Shown here: piece by piece, positions 52,450 through 64,000 of the stretch
Layout: each line of letters opens with the position of its first letter
Position numbering within the stretch: the first letter of the stretch is position 1
From: Epiperipatus broadwayi
Taxonomy: Eukaryota > Animalia > Onychophora
Direction: 5' to 3'
Assembly (NCBI GenBank): GCA_028023455.1
Contig: JAQFVV010000008.1
Coordinates: 5,518,001-5,582,000 of the forward strand
Length of the DNA stretch: 64,000 nucleotides
Made by a program: the position numbers and the translations under genes
Notes under the pieces: generated by a model
Told to the model about the DNA's origin: nothing
Databases searched by the model: none
Seen by the model: the letters and a program-made list of their open reading frames with translations, nothing else

Positions 52450-53937
52450 AGCATCCTAGTATCATTATGTAATCTAATTGTTGTTGTTACATTTTTATAA
52501 ATATTCTTTAAAATATGACAATATCCTGGATCTACTATACCTCGATGATCTGATGCTTTAGTCACTGGAGAAATGTTTATAGAATCAAACACCTTTTTGT
52601 AATCTACAAATCCAAAATAATGGCAACTCATATTCATTTGTTCTTTCTATAATTTCTCTCAATACGTGGATATGATCTACTGTGCTAAAATCACTTTTAA
52701 ATCCAGCTTGCTCTCTTCGTTGGTGGAAATCCAATGTTCTCTACAGACAAGATGTAATAATCTTGATAAAAATTTTGTATAAAACTGATAAAAGGTTAAT
52801 AGATCTGTAATTTTTAATATCTTCTTTATCACCTTTTTTAAATATTAATATTAATAGTGCATTTTCCAATTATCTAGTACATCTTTATCATTTAGACATT
52901 TGTATATAACTTTGCTAAAAAAAATTCTATTTCTTCACCTGCTTCTTTTAATATATCAATTATAAGTCCATCATTACCTGGAGCCTTTCCTTTCTTCGTA
53001 AATTTAATTGCATGTCTCACTTCTTCATTTAAAATTCTGGGCAATTTGGAAGATATAATAGATATAGGAGGTATTTGTTCTTTATTACTATATAATTCTT
53101 GATAGAAGTCTTCTACCCATTTCATGATGGCATTTCTCTTTTTAGAAATAATTCCATCTTTTTTTCTTATTGCAGATATAAATTTCCTATCAGTACCAAA
53201 TGTTGTTTTACATTTTTGAGACTTTTATTCTCTTCTACAGCTTTCCTTGCTAGTTCACAGTTATACTTTTTCATATCATTTTCAATTCTTTTCCACACCA
53301 TTTTACAAAATTCGAGATATTCAATTTTTTTAATGCATCATTTTTGTATATCTTCATATTACATATTTTCTTCATAAATTATCTAGTCTCAGTAGAAATT
53401 TTATTGGTCAATTGCTATTTTTTTCTACCAGCTGTCTTTATTGCAATTTTTAAAAGTATATCAGTTATTTTTATATTAATTTCATTCAAATCTGACTCAT
53501 GATCAAAATCTACTAATACTTGAAACTGATTTGTAAGTTCTAATTTAAATTCATTAGAATGTTTCTAAAGATTAGGAATATCAACTGTAAATATTGTTTT
53601 TCTTAATAAATTTTTGTCTCTCTAGTTTTGCATTAGCATGTATCTTACATCTTACTAAGCGATGATCACTTCCTGTGTTAAATTTATTAAGAACATTACA
53701 ATCGTGAAATATGTATTTTCTATTAGTCAAAATATATCCAATTCTGCTGTATCTTCATTTGGATGCTTCCATGTCCATTTTCTTTTAACATTTTTCTCAA
53801 AAAAAGAATTCATAATATAGTTTTTTTTCCTGCAAACTCCACAAGTCTATGTCCTCTCTCTCATTTCTATTATCATAACCAAAATTACTTACAGCACTTT
53901 CATCTTTCATTTGTTTACCAATTCTAGCATTAAAGTC
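52450..53937 (-). mobile_element. Internal RTE fragment (endonuclease 3' half to mid-RT), truncated at both ends
   Basis: Minus-strand ORFs 52892-53125 and 52437-52637 are near-identical to the 29335-31374 protein (ELYSNKEQ.PPISI, FVDY.K.FDSINIS). Homology stops after LHNDT. Confidence 0.95.
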
Positions 53938-54553
53938 TATACATATGAAATTAGCATAATTTAAAATTATATAATTAAGGGATGAATCATTCTACCCCAG
54001 ATCATGAATAAATAATTGTATACCTGTACATTAGTAAAGGATCAAAAATAGAGTCGATTTATCTAGTCTTTAAACTGTTGATAGTTATGATTATTAATAC
54101 CATATTTTTATTTGACTGATATATTGAGTTTACTCTAAATTTTTACTAATATTGGCAAGAATAAACTTATAAACATATAAAGCTTAAAGAATGGATGAAT
54201 CCATTCTATTCTTCATTCTTTAATAACAGAGTGGTATATCATTTAACTTAGTAAAAAAAGAAAACAATATATGAATTGTGAGGCAATTTTTTAGTTTGTA
54301 TATATATAGGAATTTTATATACAATATTGATTAACTTAAATAATACTGAGTACAATAAAACTATTAAACAATTTAATATCATAACACAATTTATTTATTA
54401 AATTATAATTCTGGCACACAATAAGTTAAAGCCCTGATGTCAGCATGATGAGCAAAGACTGACTAACATAATGATAAGCTCTAAGCATAGGTGATTCACT
54501 TTGATCACTTATGCTTAAAATTAATACTCACGTGTGAGTGCACATAAATTCAT

Positions 54554-54932
54554 AAAAAAGGATATTAATACCTTGTACAGGCTTAAACCTGCATTTATAT
54601 ATGTAATATATGTGGGGTTCGAACTCAGACTTTCACACAACCCACCACTCTCAGTGCCATCTCATATTGCTGACCCACCTGATCACACACATGTTGAAAA
54701 GATAAATAATCACCAATATATGTATTTCATGCTAAACCAGCAATCATGATTATATATATGTGTGAGGATAGTAATCTAGCCCAACTGATGATTGCTGGTT
54801 TAGCATGAAATACGTATATTGGTGATTATTTATCTTTTCAACATGTGTGTGATCAGGTGGGTCAGTAATATGAGATGACACTGAGAGTGGTGGGTCGTGT
54901 GAAAGTCTGAGTTCGAAAAAAGGATATTAATA
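54554..54932 (-). mobile_element. Family B fold-back insertion with a 17-bp TSD
   Basis: 130-bp inverted arms at 54618-54747 and 54788-54917 with 4 mismatches. ~47-nt tail at 54571-54617. TSD AAAAAAGGATATTAATA at 54554-54570 and 54916-54932. Confidence 0.92.
54770..54830 (+). ncRNA. Type I hammerhead ribozyme (family B), intact core
   Basis: AGTAATC..CCAA-CTGATGA (54785-91)-T-TGCT(GGTTT)AGCA-T-GAAA (54807-10)-TA-CG-TA-TA|TTGG-T-GATTATT. Palindromic ATACGTAT stem III; predicted cleavage after 54818. Confidence 0.8.
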
Positions 54933-56456
54933 AATTTATTGTGATAGATCCAAATATTTTTAGGAAAAAGGCAGAAGCAGCCTTCAGTTTGCATAGATCT
55001 GTGGACTCATATATAGAAATTAGTCTGCTGTCAGGTCTATGCATTAAGTTAGCTAGGATTGGAAAGAGTCATGCTATTATTTTGAATATCATAAATAAAT
55101 AAAAGGGTAATGCAGAAATGAATAAATTCCAACTTTGAATCTCAATCTTTACTAATAAAAATAAAAGTCAGACATTAGTCTGTCTGGGGGTTAACATATT
55201 ATGACTACATCTGATATTCATTGATTACCCAATACGAGAAGTTAAAAACACTACTTTATTAACAGATATTGCAATAAAGTCATTCAATTAGTATAGAGAA
55301 AATTATAAAATATCTACTACAGTATTTATAGTTGGATGTAACAAGAAGTGGCATAGAAAACTATTACTGATAATGATCTCAATAGTTTATTGCATACTTA
55401 TGGTAATCTGCCTTCAAGTAGAGAACTTAACACCCAGATATATAATATTTAAAAAACTTTATAGAAAAAAAATGCATTCAATAAACTTTACTATTTGTCA
55501 TTTTTTATTCGTAGAAGTGACTTTTTTCTGACAGTTCTACTATTTAAAACTATATTATATTAATTTAAAATTATTATAAACTCTTAACGGAAATAACTAT
55601 AAATAATGTTTTCTATTAAACGGAAATAACGGTAAACAGAGATATTATGATGTAAGTCTGTCTGAAAACGCTGATTTCTAGCAGATTTTATCTTTTTAAT
55701 TAATTGTTTCTTTTTTATTATTTTACAAATAGTGAGACTATTTTTAAATTTAAAAAAAAAAAAAAATCTGATAATAAAACTTTTTTTTTTCTACTATTTT
55801 TTACTTACTGTGGAAAAAATAATTTCGTATATATGTAAGGTTGTATGTAAATTCAGCACTGACAGTGTTTGTAATATCGTAGCATTTATGTCAGTATATA
55901 TGAAGATAAATCCTATGAATTTTATATTTTATAGCTTTATTAAGTCTTACCAAACATCTTTTACAAAACTTTCTGCGGTATATATTCTTTTCTTTTTTTA
56001 TCTATTTAAGCCAAATAGGTATTTAAACACACACACACAATCATATAAGTATCATATCTATTACGTTTAATTCAAAAATTTAATAGATAAAAATTAATGA
56101 TTTAATTGTCTTTTAGCGAGAAAATGCTGACAATACACGATATATTGTGTTACTAAACAAGTTGCCATATATAGTTTATAACAGTATAAGAGCGGACTCT
56201 GAACTAAAGATTTAGGATCGATTCTAAGCTGCGTAATATAAATAAAAAAATTTCATTTCTGACTAAATGAATACCACTATTTAAATGCTCAATCTAGCAT
56301 TAAGGTGTTAAAGCATTTCATGATTTTTCAAGTATTTAAATAGTTTAAGATATATTTAATCATATCTAACTACTCATTTTAAGCTATTGCGTACTTATAT
56401 GTAAACAAATATAATTAACAATAATTCAACGTAGATGAAATTAAGTTGGAAGTTAT

Positions 56457-56825
56457 TAATATTTACTAAGGCAATAAACCTAAAACATGTGCGGTTGAAA
56501 ATGCGAAGATAGGTGCCTCTACTGGTCTTAATCACAAGCTTACGCATTGGAAGAAAAGAGGGGAACCTTCTTTACTTCAACCTACTTTCTATATGAATAA
56601 GTGAAGCTGAAGCGGTTAGATCTGAGAGCGTGAAGCTATTCAATACTTCACTGATTAAGTCCACATTTCCTATTATACATTAGTACTCGCGAAATCTTTC
56701 GATTTACAACGAATCAATGGAAAGATCTTATAGTTAGAAATTTATTACGATAATTTAAAGTTGTAATTATAAATTTATTTAACGCACATTGATTACGTAA
56801 GTAATATTTACTAAGGCAATAAACC
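56457..56825. repeat. 24-bp perfect direct repeat flanking a 321-bp CpG-retaining segment
   Basis: TAATATTTACTAAGGCAATAAACC at 56457-56480 and 56802-56825. Confidence 0.9.
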
Positions 56826-59798
56826 ACTCTTAGCAAAATATATAGACGGGTTTTATATTCGTTGATATATAGCTCGCTGGTGATTTACAGTAACTTCCGT
56901 TTAAAATTAAAGTATTTTTAATTATCAAAATAAAATTATTCATCTACAATCTATTTTAAGATGCCAATTTTTAACTTCTGATTATTCAAACATTCATTCA
57001 TTTATCAATACTTGTGATTATCTTTTCTAAAGATATTTCTGACATTAGCTTATTTCTCTGTTTACAAATTTGTTTTTTATTTATAAAGTTAAAGAAAATC
57101 TTTTTGCTATTTTTATTTTGTACAAACCAAATCCAAATTTTTATTATGTATTATCCTTATGATAAGAATGGAGCATCCATCTACCCATTAAATTAATCCG
57201 ATTATTTAATGCTGTATTCCTTGTTATTTTATTTTCATCACTTCATATTATTTTGCATGGTTTACAACAATGGTAAAGTGATTGACATTAAAATACAAGA
57301 TTAAATTTTGATGATTATACCCAAATCGATGTGAATCACAAATATCTATGTATATCATTTGTTAATCCTTTAATCTGTTTATTTGCCATTTTGAGGTGCT
57401 ATCTTTTGAGTTCTGCAGTAAATTCAATGTCGTTTCTCTCAAACTTTTTAAAATTTCTCAAGCAATAAACCATATGATCATTATATTCTTTCACACTGTC
57501 ATTAGTTTATTTTTTATAAATACTGCAATTAATTCTGTTATTCTGGATTGATTGTTACTTTCGTAGATTTTTTTCCAATACCCCATTGCTGTCACTAATA
57601 GTAATTTAACACAAATATTTTAATAAATAATCCCGCACATATAAATAAGCCTATATGATGAATTTATTAGAATAATAAAATTAATTCTTATGTACATTTA
57701 TCTGCTATAAATGTTTAGAAATGCCTTGCTGGTTAATTAACTAATAATAAGATCTACGCGAACTGCAATTGTCCCTAGATTCGCTTTACGGCTCTACAGT
57801 GATGAAATTCACTGGGAAAATCCTCTGTCCCAAACGCTCTATTCTATACGTATTAGCTCTTCAGTGGCGACAGTCTAAATTCCAGTATTTAAATAAAAAC
57901 GCGCTCTTTTTTTTTTTTATGCTTCTTTTTTGTTACATTCGTTTTCTCTTTTCTTGTCGCGGAAAATATTATGTAACACTATATATAGAACAAATACAAA
58001 ACTTTAACTTATTTTCAAAATAAATATAAAATGCAACACCCATAACTCTTCATTTCAATATCCAATATACTGTTTACATTTTAATGATTTTTCCATTAAA
58101 TAAAATAAATAATCAAATGAATTTATTACTTGGAAGTTTATGAGAAGTTTGGTGATGAAAGTGCCAGTACTGAACTCAGTTCAAAGACCTTCTGCACCAA
58201 TGTCTGACACTCTACCAATGCATTAAAATGCGTGGGCTTTTTTTTTTATGGTGTTGCTTAGTTATGGAATTATTTAGCTAATAGTTTTTTTTTTCCTTGT
58301 ATAATATAATATGAAATCTTTTAAATGAAATATTAATATATATAATTAATGATCTTTTTTTTTGACACTCACTACATTCTTCATCGTTTGTGAAATGCTT
58401 CCTATAAAAACAATTTATTTCAACAATAAACAACCATCGATCAATTACATTTTCATTTATAAATGGCACCCTCCTGAAAACTTTACTATGATAAAAGTCC
58501 CTTTATAAACTTTTTTAATCAATTTAACATTCTAATACCTTCTCAATGTACTAATTTGATATATAAAAGTGAAGATTTTATAAAAGATTTAAACATATTT
58601 TTTATTTGTTTATCCATGTATAACGTTGATATCAATATTATACTTACGTTTTGGCGAATCACATATGACATCATGCATGTAGCAGAGATCATTTGAGACA
58701 ATGTTGCAAAGATATTGAAAATTAGTGAACACACATCAAGAACATCATTGTATTTCTTCTCAGTTATCTGATAGATTTTTCTGAAATATCAGTTGAATTT
58801 TCTTGACAGCAAAATGAATGCATATGTAAACAAACTTTTTTTTTCTTTTTTAATAGATATTTACAATCATGATAGACAAAACTAAATTATGGCTTTTATT
58901 CTCAGAAGGATATAAATCACCATTCAAGATAGTAGTTGGTGTCCAAAAGCAGATACTACTAAGTATTTCCTGATTGTGGACCTTGGTTGTCATTTAGTGA
59001 CAACTTTTTAATTTAGTATTTACAACTGCATATCATTTTAAAAAAATGAAAAACAATTGAATTAAAAAATAAATATATACAAGGGACAGAGTGGCAAGAT
59101 TAGTAATTCAACTTACTAATAAATACCAAATACAGATAATTCAGATTTATGCTCTATCAAGTTCTCATTGTGATGAAAATGTGATGAAAAAGTAAATGAT
59201 TTTTATATAGATGCATAAATGCTTTTGATCAGATCAAACAACATTCTAAAATTGTAATGAGAGACTTTAATGCTAGAATTGGTAAACAAAAGATGAAAGT
59301 GCTATATATAAATTTGGTTATGGTGATAGAAATTAAAGACTCTAAGTTGTGGACTCAAGATATAAAAAAAACAACTATATATTATAAATTCTTTCTTTAA
59401 AAACAATGCTAAATAGAATGAACATGGAAACAGTCAAATGAAGATCGATATTTTAACATACTCTTCAAGATTGAAATGTTTTTTGATAAATTAAGCACAG
59501 GAAGGGATCATCAATTAGTGAGAAGTAAGATACATGTTAATGATAAACTAGAGATACAAAAATTACTAGAAAAAACAATATTCACAGTTTGATATTTTTA
59601 ATCTTTGGAAACATTCCAATGCATTTAAATTAGAACTTGCAAATTGTTTTAAAACATTAAAAGGTTTTGAAGATGATTCAGATTTAAATGAAATCAATAA
59701 AAAGATGATTGATATACTAATAAGAACTGCAACAAAGATACTGGTACAAAAGTACAGCAATTGATCAGAAAAATTTCTATTAAGATACAAAAAAAAAA

Positions 59799-59970
59799 AT
59801 ACTACTAACTAATTAACATAAATTTGAATACCCCCCCTCATCACTATCAACCACACACAGCTATGAGTATGAAGCCATACAGCTTTGAAAGCGCTAAGCT
59901 TTAAATAAATTATTAATAAATATAAATTCTTTAACGAGCTTTAAAAGCGCATAATTATTGATACTATTAA
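59799..59970 (+). mobile_element. ~150-bp insertion nested in the RTE copy, carrying a hammerhead motif
   Basis: Interrupts RTE homology. Flanked by ATACTACTAA (59799-59808) and ATACTATTAA (59961-59970), a 9/10 candidate TSD. Confidence 0.6.
59859..59900 (+). ncRNA. Near-intact minimal type I hammerhead with an A3-U8 core
   Basis: AGCT-ATGAGTA (59863-69)-T-GAAGC(CATACA)GCTTT-GAAA (59887-90)-GC-GC-TA|AGCT. All three stems pair; stem III is the palindrome AGCGCT. Confidence 0.72.
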
Positions 59971-61929
59971 AATATATAAAAATGGTTAATTTAGAAAGAT
60001 TGAATGTCTAGAATTTTGTAAATAGTTAAAAAAGAGTTAATAATGATGTAGGAAAATATAATTTTGAATTAACAAGGCATAAAAGTTTCAAAAGTGTAAA
60101 ACAACAGCTTCATATTGATAAGAACTAACTTTTGTGATGAGAAGAAAAAATAGAACTATTATTTAAAATAAAAATAATATCAAAAAATGTATGGAAATTT
60201 TTTATAAAGAATTATATAGCAATAAAGAACAAGAAAAAATATTCTCTACAATTTATTACATCTTTTAAATTAACTAAGATTTTAAATAAAGAAATGAATT
60301 ATACAATTAAATCTATGAAGGAGAAAACTCTAGATAATGATGAAATTATAATCGATATCTTAAAAGAAATAGAAAAAATGTTGACAAAGTTATATATCAA
60401 ATATCTAAATAATGAAGATGTAACAGATGATTGGAAAAATGCAGTACTAATATTAATATTTTAAAAAGGTAATAAATAAGATATTAAAAATTACAGATTA
60501 ATTAGTCTTTTATCAGTTCTATACAAAAAAAATCCAAAATAATTAGAACTCATTTACAGCAAACTTCAAATTTTAATCAATGAAAAGAATAAGCTGGACT
60601 TAAAAGAGATTTTAATGCAATAGATTGCATCCAAGTATTGAGAGAAGTTATAGAAAAAACCAGTTAGTATGAGTTTCCATTATGTTTTGGATATGTGGAT
60701 TATAAAAAAGCATTTGATTCCATAAACATTTCTTAGTGATCTAAGCATTGAATCATCAAAATATAGACCCAGTATATTGTCATTCTGAAGAATATTTATC
60801 AAATGCAACTGCAATAATTAGATCATATAATGATATTAAGATGATTAGCACTGAGAAGGATACACTACAAAGAGACTGTATATTTCTTTTGACTTTTTAC
60901 TGCAATAAATGGGAAGTGAAAGGAGTAAAAGGAAATAGAGATTATTTAAGTCATTTATATTTTTCACATGATGTAATTGTTTTTGAAAAAAATGCACCAG
61001 AGCTTCAGGAAAGATTGCAAGAGTTATCAAATGAAAATAAGAAAGTAGAACTAACAATAAATGCTAAAATTGATGTTCAACAGATTTTCTCAAAAGAAAG
61101 AAAGAAATACTAATAAGGATGAGTTAGAAAAAGTTAATAACTACAAATACCTTGACAAGATTATTAATGCTGATGGAAATAATGGAAGAAATTTAACACA
61201 GAATTGGAATTGGATGAAGTGATTTTAGTAGAAATTATCTACTATTGAAATGAAATATGTCTATGTGTTTGAAAAGAAAGATTTTTAATAAATGTGTTTT
61301 AGCAGTTTTTACTTATGGATCTGAAATTTGGATGTCTAACAGAATAGCAATACACTAATTTCAGACCTCTGAACAAAGCATAGAGAGTTGTATGTTAGGA
61401 ATAACTAAAAGAGATCCAAAATAAAATAGATGGTTGAGAGAACAATCAAGTGTTACTGACATCAGTGAAATATTTAAGAGTCTAAAATGGAATTGGGTTG
61501 GACATACTACTAAATAATATAACAATATATGAATAGTTTGAAATTTTGAAAGAGATCACTGATAAGATGGTTGGATAAAATTAAGAAGTGTGTTCGGGTG
61601 ATATGGAGAAGAGAGGCTAGAGATCAGAGAAATTGAATTAAACTTGGAGAAAACATTTATTCTGTAGTTGATCAATAATGGTTGAAAATGAAAATGATGA
61701 TGATTTTTATAAATAAACCCAAAAGATGAATTTATATTTATATATTGAATGTCTGAGTTTAAGTCTCTTGCAATTACATTAAGTTAAATATAAACAATAT
61801 ACATATATTTAAATATTACATATTCAGCTTGTATTCTACTCATCCCTCTTCTCTATATTTAAATGGCAATATTATGGTTCTATATGTGAGTGCTCAGAGT
61901 GATACTACATGGATATGACACTAATTTTG

Positions 61930-62125
61930 GCATTAACAAGGGATTTGAGAGTTCAATCCTCAGATTTTCAATGATATGGATGGCTGAAGAGTTGGAGAGT
62001 GGAGAACATAGAAGCTTGTCCATTAAAGTTGGAAAATTTGCTATCTTAACAGAAATTGAGCACTGATTGTATATATATATGGGATATGGTGATCTGGACC
62101 AACTGATGGGTGCTGATTCTGTACA
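61930..62125 (+). mobile_element. Partial decayed family B copy
   Basis: GGCTGAAGAG...GTCCATTAAAG...GAGCACTGATTGTATATATATGGG...TCTGGACCAACTGATGG aligns to the 42.3-kb copy. Confidence 0.7.
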
Positions 62126-63704
62126 AAAATACTCAAATTTTCATTACCTGGCAATTAGTATTGTCATTTTCTTCAATGTTCTCTACAAGAGAAGGAACTG
62201 TTTAGAATAGTTTTTTTTTTTGTTTTTTTTTAAAAAAAAAGTAGGGCCTATATAAAATTCTGACAAATAACTTTTGTATGCCAATCTCATATGTTCACAT
62301 ATATTTTTGTATTTTATTATGTTAATGGCAATATCATTAAACGGGATTAGTCGTAATCAGTATTAATTTGTATAAAAAATGCAGAGAGAAGATAAAAGTT
62401 TCTAATATACATTATATATGAAAGATTATCATACAAATAGATTTGAAAGATGAGAAAATGTTTATTGACTTTGAAATCTATCTGGCTATTTAAATAAAAC
62501 TGCTCGACTATTTGGTTCTGAAGATCACGTGATCACACGAACAGTTATAAAAATATAAACTTCAGTTAATATCTATCTAGTTTTTTCTTTCAAAAATATC
62601 TTTTTTCATTGTTACGAAGACATGTAATAACATGAATGTGTACTGTTGTTTTTTTTTCATTTTAATTATATTTATATACAGTATTTAAGCTACATTTCTG
62701 AAATAGTAGTATACCATAGATATTAACAAAAGTTTTTTGTTTGTTCGTTTCTTTATTGAAAATGTTGACTTATTTTATATTTTATTTATTCACTTTATAT
62801 AAGTTATCAAAGTTATTTTTTTAATAAAAAGTATATTTTTGCAGCATAATTTTTGATGCAATAACCAACATTCAAAGTAAAAGCAATTTTGAACTTTATT
62901 AAAAAATAGAGTTGTTTGAATTTGATTCACTATAAAAATTTGATTCAAGTAAATAGATAAATATTGCTATCTCTAAAGTAAATAAAATATAGAGCAACTA
63001 GTTTTCTTCGCATCATTTACTTGGAAACTTGGGGGGGGGGGGGGATTTTCAAATTTATAGAATAGTAATAAAAAGTAAACCATCACTCAGATGAGTTACA
63101 ATATTAAGTAAACAAGAAAAAAAGCAGTCATATAAATAAAAATATAATTTAACAGTCTAATACTATAATAAAGAGTCAACTGCTTCATATTCATTGTGTT
63201 TCTGCTGCATAATTATGCATCTAATTTAGACTACCTTTAAATCCGCTTGCTAAGAACATCTGGACATCCATCTACTGACAGATAATTGGTAGGTATTGGT
63301 TATAAATTGGTTAACTAACAAATTAGGAACTAGGTTGAGTTTTTTTCGTATTCAAACATTAGGTTATACATATGGGAGACTAATACTTTTGGCAATACAT
63401 CACAAGACCATTTCTGAATCATTTGTTGTAATTTTATGCAATGACAGAGTGATAGACACAAGTATTACAGATTCCTGAATCAATTTTCAGATGAGAAACT
63501 AAAACAAAAACTATATTACTTGAGTGGAACATTTGCATTCAACTTTGGTGCGTAAGCATCACATAATATCCTAAGTAAACATACAATTAAATATTTTTAT
63601 TAATTAAAATTATCACCAAATCAAAGGATGAATGTATTTTATTTACTGTATAAGTTGATAATATTTGAAATACAAGCATTCTTCATATACCGAAGCTTAA
63701 TTGT

Positions 63705-64000
63705 AAGTATAGGAAGGAGATTTGAACACAGACTTCCAAGCACCCTTCAACTATCCACACTATCTCATATCACTAATATACATAACTGCACACATGTAGA
63801 AAAGAAAAATAATCACCAGTATACTTGTTTTGTGCTGAACCAGTAATCATTAGTTAGTCCAGATTATCATCTCCTACACATACATATAATCAGTGCTTAC
63901 TTTATATTAATGTAGCAAATCTTCATACTTTAATGGACAGGCTTCAATATACTTCTATCTTCAATTCTTCAGCCATTCATACTGATGATGGAATACCCAA
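63705..64000 (-). mobile_element. Decayed family B copy running to the window edge
   Basis: The reverse complement aligns along its length with 42300-42580. The hammerhead core is decayed (CTAATGA...AAAA). Confidence 0.75.

Larger units (their letters stand above)
59050..61700 (+). mobile_element. 5'-truncated, decayed RTE copy with a nested insertion
   Basis: DRVARLVIQLTNKYQIQIIQIYA at about 59085-59153. Colinear with the 28-kb element through to CTGTAGTTGATCAATAATGGTTGAAAATGAAAATGATGATGA. Confidence 0.92.

Noticed and set aside
56625-56637. GAGCGTGAAGC resembling U3 snoRNA box B
   Set aside because: No box A, C or D in the required positions.
58151-58207. C/D snoRNA-like boxes (GTGATGA, CTGA, CTGA)
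   Set aside because: Short, no terminal stem closing box C and box D, and no convincing guide.
62510-62550. CTGAAGA...GAAC hammerhead-like string
   Set aside because: Extra bases before the hairpin, no GAAA and no stem I; more like an E-box-containing CpG patch.

Overview
Very AT-rich, CpG-depleted eukaryotic (probably invertebrate) DNA. No host protein-coding gene is confidently supported; only a few low-confidence exon candidates were seen. The window is dominated by retroelements. It holds one full-length but frameshifted RTE-clade LINE (28159-31388, 12-bp TSD) with an HDV-like ribozyme fold at its exact 5' end, three decayed copies of that RTE, older LINE relics, and a non-autonomous hAT-type DNA transposon with an 8-bp TSD. 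The main observation is a dense set of Penelope-like element (PLE) relics and short non-coding derivatives. They share one architecture: an inverted arm plus a sense arm, often with a ~45-55-nt tail and 10-17-bp TSDs. They carry minimal type I hammerhead ribozyme motifs with palindromic stem III. Across these elements the hammerhead position 3:8 pair appears to covary: C3-G8 in families A, B and C; A3-U8 at 16.2/16.6 kb, 34.6/35.1 kb and a near-intact copy at 59.86 kb; and probably U3-A8 at 52.1-52.4 kb. All structures were folded and aligned by eye, and none has been tested for activity.
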